Positions 1 to 12,370 of a DNA stretch of 64,000 nt are shown piece after piece (position 1 is the stretch's first letter; each line of letters starts with the position of its first letter). The translations under genes and the position numbers were made by a program. The notes under the pieces are model-generated. The model saw only the letters and a program-made list of their open reading frames with translations, made no database searches and was not told the origin of the DNA. Source of the DNA: Mobula birostris (Eukaryota); contig NC_092382.1 of assembly GCF_030028105.1 (NCBI RefSeq), forward strand, positions 92,510,295 through 92,574,294. The letters run 5' to 3'.

Positions 1-409
1 GAGACGAGTACACCTGGCGGGGCGCGGGCGCTGGCCGGTCCCCAACATCCTGCCCTTTTCAATCAGTCCCGGCACTTCAGTCGGCCAGGCAGCGAGCCGT
101 GGGACCCGGGTGGTGGCCCTGTCGTTTCCGTACGCCCTCGGGCCCAGGCTCCGCCGTGGCAACTGTGCCTCCAAGTCTGCTCTAGCAGTCAAACCTTGCC
201 TCGCTCCCCCCCTCCCACTCTCATGGCCACGCCGCGACCATCCTGCACCTTGGAGACTCCAGTTAACCCCGCAAAACTGGCCAGGTGGTTCAACAGGGTT
301 ATTGACTGGAGTGATCCCCTGCGATCTCCAATAACCTTCTTCGCCGGCGACATCTCCTGAGTTTCATGCCGTCCACGAACTTACTGATGACGTTTTGAGC
401 CAAATCATT

Positions 410-625
410 TCATATAAATGACAAATAGCAGGGGTCCCAATGCGGTGCGGCACTAGTTATCGGCCTCCAATCTGAGACCTCGCCTTCAACCACCATCCTT
501 TGGTTCCTAGCTCTGCGCCAAGTTCGAATGGGCGAAACAGGGATTCCATAAGACCTAGTCTTCCAGACTAGCCTAGCACACGGCACCTTACTGAAGGCCT
601 TGCTGAAGTTGAAATGAACAACCTC
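410..625 (-). mobile_element. Decayed CR1 LINE reverse transcriptase fragment
   Basis: FSKAFSKVPCARLV...QRMVVEGEVSDWRPITS motifs of CR1 RT. Confidence 0.75.
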
Positions 626-1627
626 CACTCCCCTACCCTCCTCTGCCCTTTTCTTCAGCTCTTCCGGCACCAGTGCTCACTCTTAGAGCCTCCTAATCAG
701 ACTTTGTCTGCCCAAGTGCTGGTGCAGTCCTGTGCCAAAGTCTTAGGCGATACGTGTGGCTCGGATGCCCCAGCGCTGTATTTGTCAACGTGGCGCGGAG
801 AACGAGTTTGTAAATCTGGCTGGAGCAAAGAGATGTTGGGTACGGCGAGGGTGGAAGAGAGTGAGGGACGGGTGGCAGAGAAGGAGTGCCAGAGGTGGGC
901 GGGGGTGTTGGCGCGGGTGCAGACACACCCAGCCCTGAGACACCAGGCAAGGTTATCTGACTCCCAACAGTTGGCTTACTGATCATCACAGCGTCTCTCT
1001 GGCACTTCCGTCTCCCTCCCCCTTCTCCCAACCATGATTCCCCTTTCCTGCTCTCAGTCCACAATAGAGTCAGGTTTATCATCACTCACGTATGACATAA
1101 AATTTGTTTCCTTTTTTTGTGGCAGCAGCACAGTGCAGTGCATAAAATTAGTCCAGTACTGTGCCAATGCCTTGGGCATCGTAGCTATAGGTATGCGCTA
1201 AGACATTTGCATGGCACTGTAGATCTCGTCCCTCAGAATTAGCCCAGACTGAGCAGCCTGTAGTTCCCCGGCTTGTGCTTTCTACTCTTCTTGAACAATG
1301 GGAGCCACTTGGTCTCCTTCAGGAGCGTAAACAGTGGCTAACGGTGAAGCATGTGTCTCTGTTGCTGTTTCACCAAGCTGGGGGATGCACGAGGTCAGAT
1401 CCTGCGGAATTATCCGCCCGAATTCACTTCAAGTGCTGCAAGCAACCTCCTCCCTGGTGATCTGAATGTTCTGCAAAACATCTCCACTTGCTTCCCTTTC
1501 CCTCTGGAGCTGCTGTGAGTTTCTCCTCCGTGAACGCGGGGGAAAAAGTCCCGATCACCCATCTCGAGGCCTAAGTGGCCCTGTCGTTCCCTTCCCCTAC
1601 CTACACCTGGTATGGCTGTAAGCCAGC

Positions 1628-1790
1628 CGGTGGTGCAGTGGCGTCTGCACTGGACTTCGAGGTGAATGGTCCCGGGCTCGAATCCGGCCGGCTCCCGGCA
1701 CACTTTCCGTCCAAGCTAGCAGCTGGGCCTCGCCAAGTGGCAAAGGAGCGGCGAGGCTGCTGCCTGACAACACCAGCTATGGAGCCTCGA
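1628..1790 (+). mobile_element. tRNA-derived SINE
   Basis: A-box-like GGTGCAGTGG and B-box-like GGCTCGAATCC; related copy at 17381. Confidence 0.65.
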
Positions 1791-1899
1791 GATTTTCCTT
1801 GATCCATCCCCCGACCCTCTCGCGACCCTCCTGATTCCACCCATCCACTCTTAATCCTGTTCTGCCGGTCCCGGCCTTCACTCGCCCCCGAGGCCCCAG

Positions 1900-2270
1900 A
1901 CCCCAGTCTGTGCTGCCTTGCTCCTGTCCCGGCTGCCGAGGCTCTGGTGAGAGCACACTGGGAATATTGTGAGCAGTTTTAGGTTGCTCCCAGGGAGAGA
2001 GGTGCTTGCCCTGGACAGGCTCCAGAGGAGGTTCAGAGGAAAGGTCCCAGGAAAGAAAGGCTTAATGTATGAGAGACGTTTGACATCTCCGGACCTGTGC
2101 TGGATGCTGGGTGGATCTCGATTGAACCTGGGGAGGGTGTTTTCAGTAGCGTAAGAGTCAGGGGATGTCCCGTTAGAACAGAGGTGAGGAGAGAGCTGTG
2201 CGGCCCAAGTCATGGGATGTATTCCAGGCAGGGTCGTGGATTGGGAAGAGGGTTAAGTCACGGGGCGAAG
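1900..2270 (+). mobile_element. Highly decayed CR1 3' fragment
   Basis: LDRLQRRF...GLMYERRL motifs of the CR1 ORF2 C-terminus. Confidence 0.6.
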
Positions 2271-2289
2271 GTGGGATTGGGGAAGAAGT

Positions 2290-2530
2290 ATTTATTGAAT
2301 GAGTGTGAAATGGGCCCTTTGAGCCATGTCGCCCAGCAGTCCTCTGATTTCATCCCAGCCTAAGTCACGGGACGGCTTACAGTGACCAGTCCTGCGGGTG
2401 TTGGGACGGTGGGAGCAAACCTGGGCACCCGGGGGAATCTTGGGTGGTCGCGGGGAAAACGTGCAAACGTCTTGCAGGCAGCGACGGGAATTGGACCCCG
2501 CCTGCCCGTGCCGACCTCCTGCCGCCCCTG
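2290..2530 (-). mobile_element. SINE (V-SINE/HE1-like) copy
   Basis: gtgggagcaaacctgggcaccc...gggaattggaccc core; similar sequence at ~36600-36790, 46880-47080 and 52060-52210. Confidence 0.5.
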
Positions 2531-3301
2531 TTAGCCGTGATTGAATTGTGCAGTGGGCCAGATGGTTTGAACAGCCTCATTCTGCCCCTCCCGCCTGTTG
2601 ACTCAATAGCCCTCGTAAGGGAGGGCCCCCCCCCCCAAAGCTGCCAGTTTACCCCTTCCTTACCATGCTGCGCCCAGAGTCCTGACGACCACTCTGGTAA
2701 AGGCCTCCCTGTTGCCACCTGTCCCTCTTCTCTTCAGGCAGACCTCTGCTGGATCCTGCCTGCCTCTGACAAAATTACCCCCCCCCCCGCCCCGTGGGTA
2801 ATGGTGCCTGGCCTCTGGGCCTGTCCTCTCTGTTTCTCTGGCGTGTTAAGGTCACGGTCTGTGTGACCGTTCAATGGTCTGATAACAGTGGGGTAGAAGC
2901 TGTCTTTCAGCCTGGTGGGACGTGCTTTCCAGCTTTTGTATCCTCTGCCCGATGGGAGGGCGGAGAGAGAATGACCGGGGTGGGCAGGGCCTAATGGAGG
3001 CAGCGGGAAGTCCAGCCGAGAGTCCACCGCTGCTTGATCACTGGCGAGCGTTGTGGGAGAGGTTGACGGATGTGAGATTGGGGTGAGGGGTGCGGAGTAT
3101 CGGGCGGCAGGGGAGGAGGGGTTAGGAATTGAGGTGCTGGCCCCTGCGGTGAGGAGAGCGGGTCGCCGAAAGGATTCAGGAATGGCGATGTCGAGAGTTA
3201 ATGGAGCTCTGCTTTCTCCTCCTCGTCCCCCTCCCCAACCACTTGCTCCTCCCCTCTCCGCCTCCTTGGTGCCCCCACCCTCTTGCTCCCCACCCCCTCA
3301 G

Positions 3302-3445
3302 CCCCGGTGCTGGATGAGTCGGTCGTGGTGCAGCTGGCGGAGATGGGGTTCCCGATGGAGGCGTGCCGGAAGGCGGTCTTTTACACGGGCAACAGCGGTG
3401 TGGAGTCCGCCATGAACTGGGTCATGTCTCACCTGGACGAGCCAG
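3302..3445 (+). CDS. USP5: Ubiquitin carboxyl-terminal hydrolase 5, internal exon (UBA1 domain)
   Basis: Translates (A)PVLDESVVVQLAEMGFPMEACRKAVFYTGNSGVESAMNWVMSHLDEP, matching USP5 UBA1; cag acceptor and gtgggt donor, phase 1-1. Confidence 0.95.
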
Positions 3446-3699
3446 GTGGGTGGGGGGATGACGTCTGGGAGGGGTCCGCAACTCACAGCTCCCAATGCTG
3501 GTGGGTGGGGAGGAGCTCATAGCTCTGCCCCCTCCCCGTCGGACCCCCTTCTCTCCCACTGGTCACCTCTCCCCTTCTGGAGCCCGACACCCGCCTCTCG
3601 CCGTCCGCGTCTGGACACCTGTTTCTCCACGAAATCCCAGATGATGGTCTTACTGTCCCCTTGTAGGAAGCCATCACTGGCTGTCTGCCCCTACACCAA

Positions 3700-4225
3700 C
3701 CCCCGCCGTCCCCGTCTGCTTACCCCCCCGCCGTCCCCGTCTGCTTACCCCCCCGCCGTCCTCGTCTGCTTACCCCCCCGCCGTCCCCGTCTGCTTACCC
3801 CCCCGCCGTCCCCGTCTGCTTACCCCCAGCCGTCCCCGTCTGCTTACCCCCCCGCCGTCCCCGTCTGCTTACCCCCCCGCCGTCCCCGTCTGCTTACCCC
3901 CCCGCCGTCCCCGTCTGCTTGCCCCCCCGCCGTCCCCGTCTGCTTGCCCCCCCCGCTGTCCCCGTCTGCTTGCCCCCCCGCCGTCCCCGTCTGCCCCCCC
4001 GCCGTCCCCGTCTGCCCCCCCGCCGTCCCCGTCTGCCCCCCCGCCGTCCCCGTCTGCCCCCCCGCCGTCCCCGTCTGCTCCCCCCTCGCCGCCGTCCCCG
4101 TCTGCTCCCCCCCCCCGCCGCCGTCCCCGTCTGCTCCCCCCCCGCCGCCGTCCCCGTCTGCTCCCCCCCCGCCGCCGTCCCCGTCTCCTCCCCCCCCCCC
4201 CCCCCCGCCGCCGTCCCCGTCTTCT
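3700..4225. repeat. GC-rich minisatellite in a USP5 intron (unit ~21-26 bp, ccgccgtccccgtctgc(tta)cccccc)
   Basis: About 20 directly visible tandem copies with variable C-run length. Confidence 0.95.
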
Positions 4226-4406
4226 CTCCCCATCATCATCTCCGCCCCTCCCCTATACTGTAGCTGACTGTCTCCCGTCATTGCCTGTGTCTCTTGGTCT
4301 CTGATCCCCTTGGCGTGTCACCACCCCGTTCACCCCCCCCCCTCCCCCCACAGCACCCCATCTCTGTGTACGGGTCCCTGACCCTCTCTGCCTGTGCTCC
4401 CCCCAG

Positions 4407-4552
4407 ATTTCGCCCAGCCTCTGCTCTTGCCGGCGTGCGGCATCCCTGGATCTGCGGCAGCTGCCCCCGAGCCTCCCCCGGAGGAGAGCGTGGCCACCAT
4501 CTCCTCCATGGGCTTCTCCCGGGATCAGGCCCTGCGGGCCCTCAGAGCTACG
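4407..4552 (+). CDS. USP5: USP5 internal exon (linker and start of UBA2)
   Basis: (D)FAQPLLLPACG...PPPEESVATISSMGFSRDQALRALRAT; ccccag acceptor, gtgagt donor. Confidence 0.95.
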
Positions 4553-5077
4553 GTGAGTCCGCGAGGGATGTGACGGAGGGCAGCCCGAGGGGGATGGCGG
4601 AGAATAACTCCCTGCCCGATCTCCCTCCATCAATCAGCCGCCTTCTTCGCAATAATCCCCAAACATACAGCTCTGTTCTTCACCCCCAGTGAATAACCCC
4701 ATGAATACATCCGTCCCTCCTCCACTCGCTCAGCTCAGTCTCCCCCCAACCACACACCCATCGACTGCTCTTCCCTCCATCTGCTCAATCTCCCTCGAAT
4801 AGGCACTCTCTCCAATCTCCTCCACTTTATCCTCTCTGCGTTTCATTCACTGCTTATTCCCTGTCTTGTCAGCCTCAGAATTTTCCACCCTCCTCCTGCT
4901 TGAACATCCCCCTCGCTCCTGCCTCTCCCCGCCTCTCTCTCTCCCCTCCCTTTCCCTCCCACTCCCGGCTCTGTCCCTCCCCCGGCTTTCTCTCCATCCT
5001 GCCCGCCATGTTACCTGTCCAGTCCGTGTCCTCTCCCTCCCGCGCTCTCATCTCTCTCCCTGTTCCCTCTCCGTCAG

Positions 5078-5231
5078 AACAACAGCGTAGAGCGGGCTGT
5101 CGACTGGATTTTCAGCCACATTGATGACCTGGATGCCGAGGCAGTCATGGACGTATCTGAGGGCCGGTCAGCGGCCGAATCCGTGTCCGAAAGCATGCCG
5201 GCTGGACCCAAGGTCCGCGATGGTCAAGGCA
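5078..5231 (+). CDS. USP5: USP5 internal exon (end of UBA2)
   Basis: NNSVERAVDWIFSHIDDLDAEAVMDVSEGRSAAESVSESMPAGPKVRDGQG; gtcag acceptor, gtaagt donor. Confidence 0.95.
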
Positions 5232-5416
5232 GTAAGTCACTGAGGGTGCACGCCCTACCCTACCTCCGAGGGCAGATGCCAAGTGTCTTCCTGAGTGTGA
5301 ACACCACCTCCCCACACCGTACGTACGTACACACACATATGTACACACACACTCGCGCACACGCTCACACAGACACACTCACACGCACTTTCACGTACAC
5401 ACATGGATATATACAC

Positions 5417-5417
5417 A

Positions 5418-5457
<40 letters not shown>
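5417..5457. repeat. (CA)n microsatellite
   Basis: Direct observation. Confidence 0.95.
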
Positions 5458-5459
<2 letters not shown>

Positions 5460-5564
5460 CAGTTCCCCTATCTGCTGGTGTCTGGTGTGTACACACACAC
5501 CCCAGCACCTGCTGCCTGTGTATCTGCGGACTGTGACCACGCTGGTGTTTGCTTTCTTTCGCAG

Positions 5565-5649
5565 AGTACCAGCTCTTCGCCTTCATTAGCCACATGGGTA
5601 CTTCAACGATGTGCGGCCATTACGTCTGTCATATCAAGAAGAAAGGGAG
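5565..5649 (+). CDS. USP5: USP5 exon with catalytic His box
   Basis: (K)[27 protein letters not shown](R); gcag acceptor, gtgagt donor. Confidence 0.95.
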
Positions 5650-6016
5650 GTGAGTTCGGGCTCATGTCCTCACACCAGTCCAATGCTCCTTGACCTTCTC
5701 TCCAACTCTTTCTCTCCCCTCTGTCCGTCTCTCACTAGTCCCCCCCCGTATCCTTTTTGTCTCTCGCTCCATCTCAGCCCTCATTCGTTCCCCTCGTCCC
5801 TCTCCCCATCACAGTTGCTGAATCAACTTCCACTCCCCTTCACTCTTCTCCCTCTTTACCCTCCTCTTCTCCCTCTCTCTCTCCATCACTCAGCTTCTTT
5901 ACCCTTTTCTCTCTCCCCCCCATCACTGCTCTCTCTTTACTCTCTTCTCTCTCTCCCTAGCCTGCTTTGCCACTCAATAAGGCCATGATCTCATCTCCAC
6001 CTACCTGCTTTTTCAC

Positions 6017-7088
6017 AGAACATAGAACAGTACAGCACAATACAGGCCCTTCGGCCCACAATGTTGTGCCGACCCTCAAACTCTGCCTCCCATATAAGCC
6101 CCCACCTTAAATTCCTCCATATACCTGTCTAGTAGTCTCTTAAACTTCACTAGTGTATCTGCCTCCACCACTGACTCAGGCAGTGCATTCCACACACCAA
6201 CCACTCTCTGAGTAAAAAACCTTCCTCTAATATCCCCCTTGAACTTCCCACCCCTTACCTTAAAGCCATATCCTCTTGTATTGAGCAGTGGTGCCCTGGG
6301 GAAGAGGCGCTGGCTGTCCACTCTACCTATTCCTCTTATTATCTTGTACACCTCTATCATGTCTCCTCTGATCCTCCTCCTCTCCGAAGAGTAAAGCCCT
6401 AGCTCCCTTAATCTCTGATCATAATGCATACTTTCTAAACCAGGCAGCATCCTGGTAAATCTCCTCTGTACCCTTTCCAATGCTTCCACATCCTTCCTAT
6501 AGTGAGGTGACCAGAACTGGACACAATACTCCAAGTGTGGCCTAACCAGAGTTTCTAGAGCTGCATCATTACATCGCGACTCTTAAACTCTATCCCTCGA
6601 CTTATGAAAGCTAACACCCCATAAGCTTTCTTAACTACCCTATCCACCTGTGAGGCAACTTTCAGGGATCTGTGGACATGTACCCCAAGATCCCTCTGCT
6701 CCTCCACACTACCAAGTATCCTGCCATTTACTTTGTACTCTGCCTTGGAGTTTGTCCTTCCAAAGTGTACCACCTCACACTTCTCTGGGTTGAACTCCAT
6801 CTGCCACTTCACAGCCCACTTCTGCATCCTATCAATGTCTCTTTGCAATCTTTGACAATCCTCTACACTATCTACAACACCACCAACCTTTGTGTCGTCT
6901 GCAAACTTGCTGACCCACCCTTCTACCCCCACATCCAGGTCGTTAATAAAAATCACGAAAAGTAGAGGTCCCAGAACAGATCCTTGTGGGACACCACTAG
7001 TCACAATCCTCCAATCTGAATGTACTCCCTCCACCACCACCCTCTGCCTTCTGCGGGCAAGCCAATTCTGAATCCACCTGGCCAAACC
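6017..7088 (-). mobile_element. 5'-truncated CR1 LINE (RT and 3' UTR) in the last USP5 intron
   Basis: GVPQGSVLGPLLF, KFADDTK, EYCVQFWSPH motifs; (gttctat)-type 3' tail. Confidence 0.93.
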
Positions 7089-7247
7089 CACAATTCCCCT
7101 ACTATGCAAAAATCTATCCAACCTTGTCTTAAATATATTGATGGAGACCACACCTTTTTCCATCTCTCCCTCTCCCTCTTCCCCTGGTGACTTGGCTCCA
7201 TCTTTGCCCACTCCCCCTCACTCCTGCGCTTTCTTTCTGCCCCGCAG

Positions 7248-7341
7248 GTGGGTGATCTACAACGACCAGAAAGTCTGTGCCTCCGAGAAGCCTCCCCGAG
7301 ACCTGGGCTACATCTATTTCTACCAAAGAGTCGCCAGCTGA
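7248..7341 (+). CDS. USP5: USP5 terminal coding exon
   Basis: [30 protein letters not shown], the USP5-type C-terminus; preceded by a polypyrimidine tract and cag. Confidence 0.96.
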
Positions 7342-7467
7342 GGATCCGCCAGCCGCCTATTTATTGTACAGACCGAGCCGAGTGACTGGCACTGCCGGGC
7401 ACGTGGGACTTGTCCTGGGGGCCTCAGGGGGAGGGGAGGGGCGGGGAGTGCACCGTTCAGCATTGGA

Positions 7468-7473
7468 AATAAA
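7468..7473 (+). terminator. Candidate polyadenylation signal of USP5
   Basis: AATAAA ~127 nt after the stop codon, with GT-rich sequence downstream. Confidence 0.6.
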
Positions 7474-7559
7474 TTGGTGAATCGGGGCCTGTCTCGGTAC
7501 AGTGCGGTCTGTCTGGGTGTCCAGAACAAACGGCGGCAGTTGGTGAGACCACACTGCGG

Positions 7560-9270
7560 GGGCAGATGGAAGTGGGCAGAGTTAACGGTGATCTTGGCCC
7601 CACTGGATCAGTGCTACTGACCCCACCTTGGAGTCCACACCAGCGATCTTGGCCCCACTGCAGAGGTGGATCGGGACCAGTGGTCCCGGGGCAGAGTTAA
7701 GATTGGCCTGGTCCCCAGAGCGGAGTTGGATCTGAAATACTGGCCCCACGGTGGAGTTTTCACTGGGTGTGTCTCCACTGCACAGGCGGGTTGGTATAAC
7801 TTGTCCGAGAGCAGGGTGGCCAGCTCCCCACTGGGGAGGTCGATCGGGACAGCTGGTCTGTGGGGAAAGACGGGTTAGACCAGACCTTTCTCCACTGTGG
7901 AGGTGTGATCCCAGGGTGACCTCCAGACCAGACCCATCCCCACTGTGTAGGTGGATTAAGGGTGCAGTCTACACCAGATTGATCAGCAACTACAGGAGAT
8001 TGCACCGTGCTGCCGAGTTGGATGGGTCTACTGGTCCCAGGGTGGAGTACACACTGGGCATGTCTCCACCGTGGAGACGGATCCACACTTTTGGTCTCTT
8101 GGCTCAGGTGATTCGGACTACTGATCCCTGGGCAGTGGAGGGTAGGAGGTGGTTCAGACCTACTGGTTCCAGGGTGAAATTGGCAACAGACATGTCCCCA
8201 CTTTGGAGGTGGGTAGGAATTATTGGTCCCAAGGTGGAGATTAGATCAGATAGTTGTCCCACGGTGGAGTGTATGGGGATTATGGGTCCCAAAGTGGAGA
8301 TTAGACCAGACAGTTGCCTCACGGTGGCGTGTGTGGGGATTACTGGTCCCAAAGTGGAGATTAGACCAGACAGTTGCCTCACGGTGGCGTGGATGGGGAT
8401 AATGGGTCCCAAAGTGGAGATTAGAGCAGACAGTTGTCCCACGGTGGCGTGGATGGGGATTACTGGTCCCAAGGTGGAGATTAGACCAGACAGTTGCCTC
8501 ACGGTGGCGTGTGTGGGGATTACTGGTCCCAAAGTGGAGATTAGAGCAGACAGTTGTCCCACGGTGGAGTGTATGGGGATTACTGGTCCCAAAGTGGAGA
8601 TTAGACCAGACAGTTGTCCCACGGTGGCGTGGATGGGGATTACTGGTCCCAAAGTGGAGATTAGACCAGACAGTTGTCCCACGGTGGCGTGGACGGGGAT
8701 TGCTGGTCCCAGGGCAGAGTTAATATTGGCTTCTGCCCCCGCAGGCACCAGCCTGTCTTGTACTGGGCATGTCTCCCGTATGGTGGTGGCTTGGGACTAG
8801 TAGCCCCCAGCGTAGGGCAGCTGCTTCCCCTTGTGGATGTGGATCATGGTGTTTGGTTCGAGGATGGAGTTTAGACCAGAGTATTCCCCACTGGGGAAGT
8901 GGACTGTCTGCTGGTACAAGGGAAGATTTCACACAACGGGTATATCCTAATGATAGAGATGGATTGAAACTGCTGTCCCAGGGTGCAGATTGCATCTCTC
9001 GGGTCCCCACCGGGGAGCTGGTTGCAGGGGAGATAGTGAGTGGGACCATTTCCCAGGGTGGAGATTACACCACACCTGTCCCCCTTGCAGAGTTAGATCG
9101 GGCCTACTGGTCCCAGGGTGGAGATTACACCTCACCTGTCCCCACCGCAGAGATAGATCTGGACTAGAGACTCGAGGGTGGAGATTACACCGCACCTCTC
9201 CCCACCGCGGAGATAGATCGGGACTACCGGTCCCAGGGTGGGGATTACACTTCAGGTTCACCTGTCCCAG
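7560..9270. repeat. 60-bp tandem satellite downstream of USP5; homogeneous core ~8200-8720 with diverged flanks
   Basis: Unit tactggtcccaaagtggagattagaccagacagttgtcccacggtggcgtggatggggat; copies align in register on successive 60-nt lines. Confidence 0.93.
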
Positions 9271-9859
9271 GAATCCATGACACTCGTGTAACAGCGCCCG
9301 TGGGTGTGATCCGCTCAGTTTCCAGCTGCTTACCCTGTGTATTTAAGAAACTGAGCTCCTGCCTCAGCAAGGACCTGCACCCATAGCAATTTGCCTATCG
9401 CCGCTAGAACGACGTGGTTAGTTTTCACCAAATGCCGCGTTGAGGGAAAACATTTTGCCTCCACGGGCTTAAACTCCTAGTGACTTACTGACAGTCGCAA
9501 CACTTTAAATGATCCTGCGCTTCAGATTCGTTGCTGTTCAGAATCAGAAATCGGTACAATTCAGGACCTTTATGTCCAAACCGCGCTCAGCTTGAGGCCG
9601 TGGGAAGCAGCTCAGGTGCAGAGATCACCTCAGGGCGAGTCAGAATTTCAGAGTTGCAACGCAGAGATAACGAGCAAAGAAACGGCATAACGATGAGGCC
9701 CCACTGCTCGAAGTGATCAGAATTACTCGCAGTAGGTAGCCAAAGGAGAAAGGAGCAAAATGCAGCTATCCTGAACGATATCAATGCAGCCGGGCGGCAC
9801 AGTGAGCGCCAGAACGAATAGCCTCTCGCACTAAAAGCTTTTAAAAATACCGCTGGTCA

Positions 9860-10620
9860 ACACACCAAACGCCTTCTTAGCCACCCGATCAACTTCCGTG
9901 GCAACGTTGAGGGCTCTGTGGACGTGGACCCCCAAGGACTCTCTGTTCCTCGGCACTACTAAAAATCTGGCAGGAATCCGATAATTTATAGGGAAGTTGA
10001 AATTCCCTCTGACAACAATCGTATGATTTTACCCATTCCCTTAATCTGGTTGCAGATCTGTTCCTCAAGGTCGCGGTGGCTGTAGTGCAATCCCATCAGT
10101 GTGATTGTACCCTTCCTTTTCCTGAGTTCTACCCAAACGGACAATGCCCGGCCCCTCCATTGTGTCTCTCCTGAGGGCAGCTGTGGTATTGGTCCGTATT
10201 CGTCACCCCAACCCCCTTTTTTCCTTCTAGAGCTTCGAAAAGCTGATACATTAACCACCCATTGCTTCTCTTCTCTCAACCAGGTTTCAGTCATGGCTAT
10301 AACATTGTAGTTCCATGTACTCATCCCTACTGTAAGTTCATCACCTTTACCCATAATACCCCTAGTATTAAAAGTATACACACTTCAAACTATCCGAACC
10401 ATCATAGCTGTTAAATTTCGGTTTTGCCTTTCAATACTTTCTATAACATCGACCTTCCGGACAGACCCTCCTCTTACTGACCTGCGGCTTAGGTTCCCAG
10501 TCCCCCTGCAAAACTAGTTTACACTCTCCCGAGGAGCATTTGGAAACTTCCCGGCCAGGATACTGGCTCTCCGGCAGTTTAGGCGCAACCCGAGCAGATC
10601 ACCCCCTTTCCCAGAAAAGA
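9860..10620 (-). mobile_element. Decayed CR1 (ORF1 end, APE endonuclease, RT fragment)
   Basis: YTFNTRGI...VIAMTETWL...VWVELRKRKG motifs. Confidence 0.8.
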
Positions 10621-10800
10621 TTCCAATAATCCACGAACTAGCGTCAGTCGCGTCATCTTGCGTGGGCCATTAGACTCTACACCATGCTGAGAGCGCACAG
10701 GTTTCAAATAGCGTCAGGAGCGTGTGCTTGCATTGAAAAAATAAAACAGTGATTTTTGTCACTGATAGTTGTCGGGCAATATAGCCATAAGACAGTTCTG

Positions 10801-11740
10801 ACAACACACATCAAAGTTGCTGGTGAACGCAGCAGGCCAGGCGGCATCTCTAGGAAGAGGTACAGTCGACGTTTCAGGCCGAGACCCTTCGTCAGGACTA
10901 ACTGAAAGAAGAGCTAGTAAGAGATTTGAAAATGGGACGGGGAGGGGGCGATCTGAAATGATAGGAGAAGACAGGAGGGGGAGGGATGGAGCCAAGAGCT
11001 GGACAGGTGATAGGCAAAAGGGATACAGAGCTGGAGAAGAGCGAGGATCATGGGACGGGAAGCCTGGGGAGAGAGTGAGGGGGGGGGGGGGGGAGCCCGG
11101 AGAGTGGAGAGCAGGCGAGGAGTTATAATGAGAGGGACAGAGAGAGAGAGAGAAAAGTAAATAAATAAATAACGGGTGGGGTACGAGGGGGAGGTGGGGC
11201 ATCAGCGGAAGTTAGAGAAGTCAATGTTCATGTCATCAGGTTGGAGGCTACCCGGACAGAATATAAGGTGTTGTTCCTCCAACCTGAGTGTGGCTTCATC
11301 TTTACAGTAGAGGAGGCCGTGGATAGACATGTCAGAATGGGAATGGGACGTGGAATTAAAATGTGTGGTCACTGGGAGATCCTGCTTACTCTGACGGACA
11401 GAGCGTAGGTGTTCAGCAAAACGGTCTCCCAGTCTGCGTCGGGTCTCACCAATATATAGAAGGCCACATCGGGAGCACCGGACGCAGTATATCACCCCAG
11501 CCGACTCACGGGTGAAGTGTTGCCTCACCTGGAAGGACTTTCTGGGGCCCTGAATGGTGGTGAGGAAGTGTAAGGGCATGTGTAGCACTTGTTCCGCTTA
11601 CAAGGATAAGTGCCAGGAGGGAGATCAGTGGGGAGGAATGGGGGGGACGAATGGACAAGGGAGTCGCGTAGGGAGCGATCCCCGCGGAAAGCGGGTGGGG
11701 GGGGGGAGGGAAAGATGTGGGATCCTGTTGGAGGTGGCTC
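10801..11740 (-). mobile_element. Penelope-like retroelement 3' fragment (GIY-YIG endonuclease)
   Basis: GVIYCVRCSRCGLLYIGETRRRLGDRFAEH...LEEQHLIF...PDDMN; near-identical to copies at 28041 and 61588. Confidence 0.93.
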
Positions 11741-11965
11741 CAGTTCTGAACAGTTAAGAACCGTCTTACTCACTGCGGTTTCAAACAGTCAGGCTTGGAA
11801 ATGCCCGAAACGGCCGGGAGTGAAAATGAAACGATTTAAGTACTTCATCAAGTTAGAAACTACGCCGAATTTGAAGACATCGACAATTAACTTGGAAAGT
11901 TCCATTGAAAACGAAGTTTTACTGGATTCAATCGTCGAGAGTATTGTGCGGAGGGATTCCATTAT

Positions 11966-12370
11966 CTGCAGGAAGGACGTGGAAACCATAGAAAGGGTGC
12001 AGAGGAGATTTACAAGGATGTTGCCTGGATTGAGGAGCGTGCCTTATGAGAATAGGTTGAGTGAACTCGGCCTTTTCTCCTTGGAGAGACAGAGGATGAG
12101 AGGTGACCTGATAGAGGTGTATAAGATGATGAGAGGCATTGATCATGTGGATAGTCAGAGTTTTTTTCCCCAGTGCGAAATTGGCTATCTTGAGAGAGCA
12201 CAGTGGTGGAGGCGGATACGATAGGGTCTTTTAAGGACAGGTACATGCAGCTCAGAAAAATAGAGGGCTATGGGTAACACTTGGTAATTTCTAAGGTGAG
12301 GAACTGTTCGGCACAGCTTTATGGGCCGAAGGGCCTGTATTGTGCTGTAGGTTTTCTGTGTTTCTATGTG
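11966..12370 (+). mobile_element. CR1 3' fragment
   Basis: RKDVETIERVQRRFTRMLPG...RGDLIEVYK; tttctatg tail. Confidence 0.9.

Noticed and set aside
410-670. MPEEL start resembling an upstream USP5 peptide
   Set aside because: Wrong strand, and the remainder is CR1 RT
3446-4281. Long Pro-rich and Gly-rich ORFs
   Set aside because: Translations of the intronic minisatellite
7751-8800. 349-aa repetitive ORF, or a CRISPR-like array
   Set aside because: Pure 60-bp tandem repeat with no unique spacers, in a vertebrate context with no cas genes
11789-11989. Helical-looking minus-strand ORF (IMESLRTILSTI...SNLMKYLNRF) with a cag acceptor as last exon of the candidate cytokine
   Set aside because: It is antisense to the Tigger-like transposon remnant, and its acceptor comes from the CR1 junction; probably coincidental
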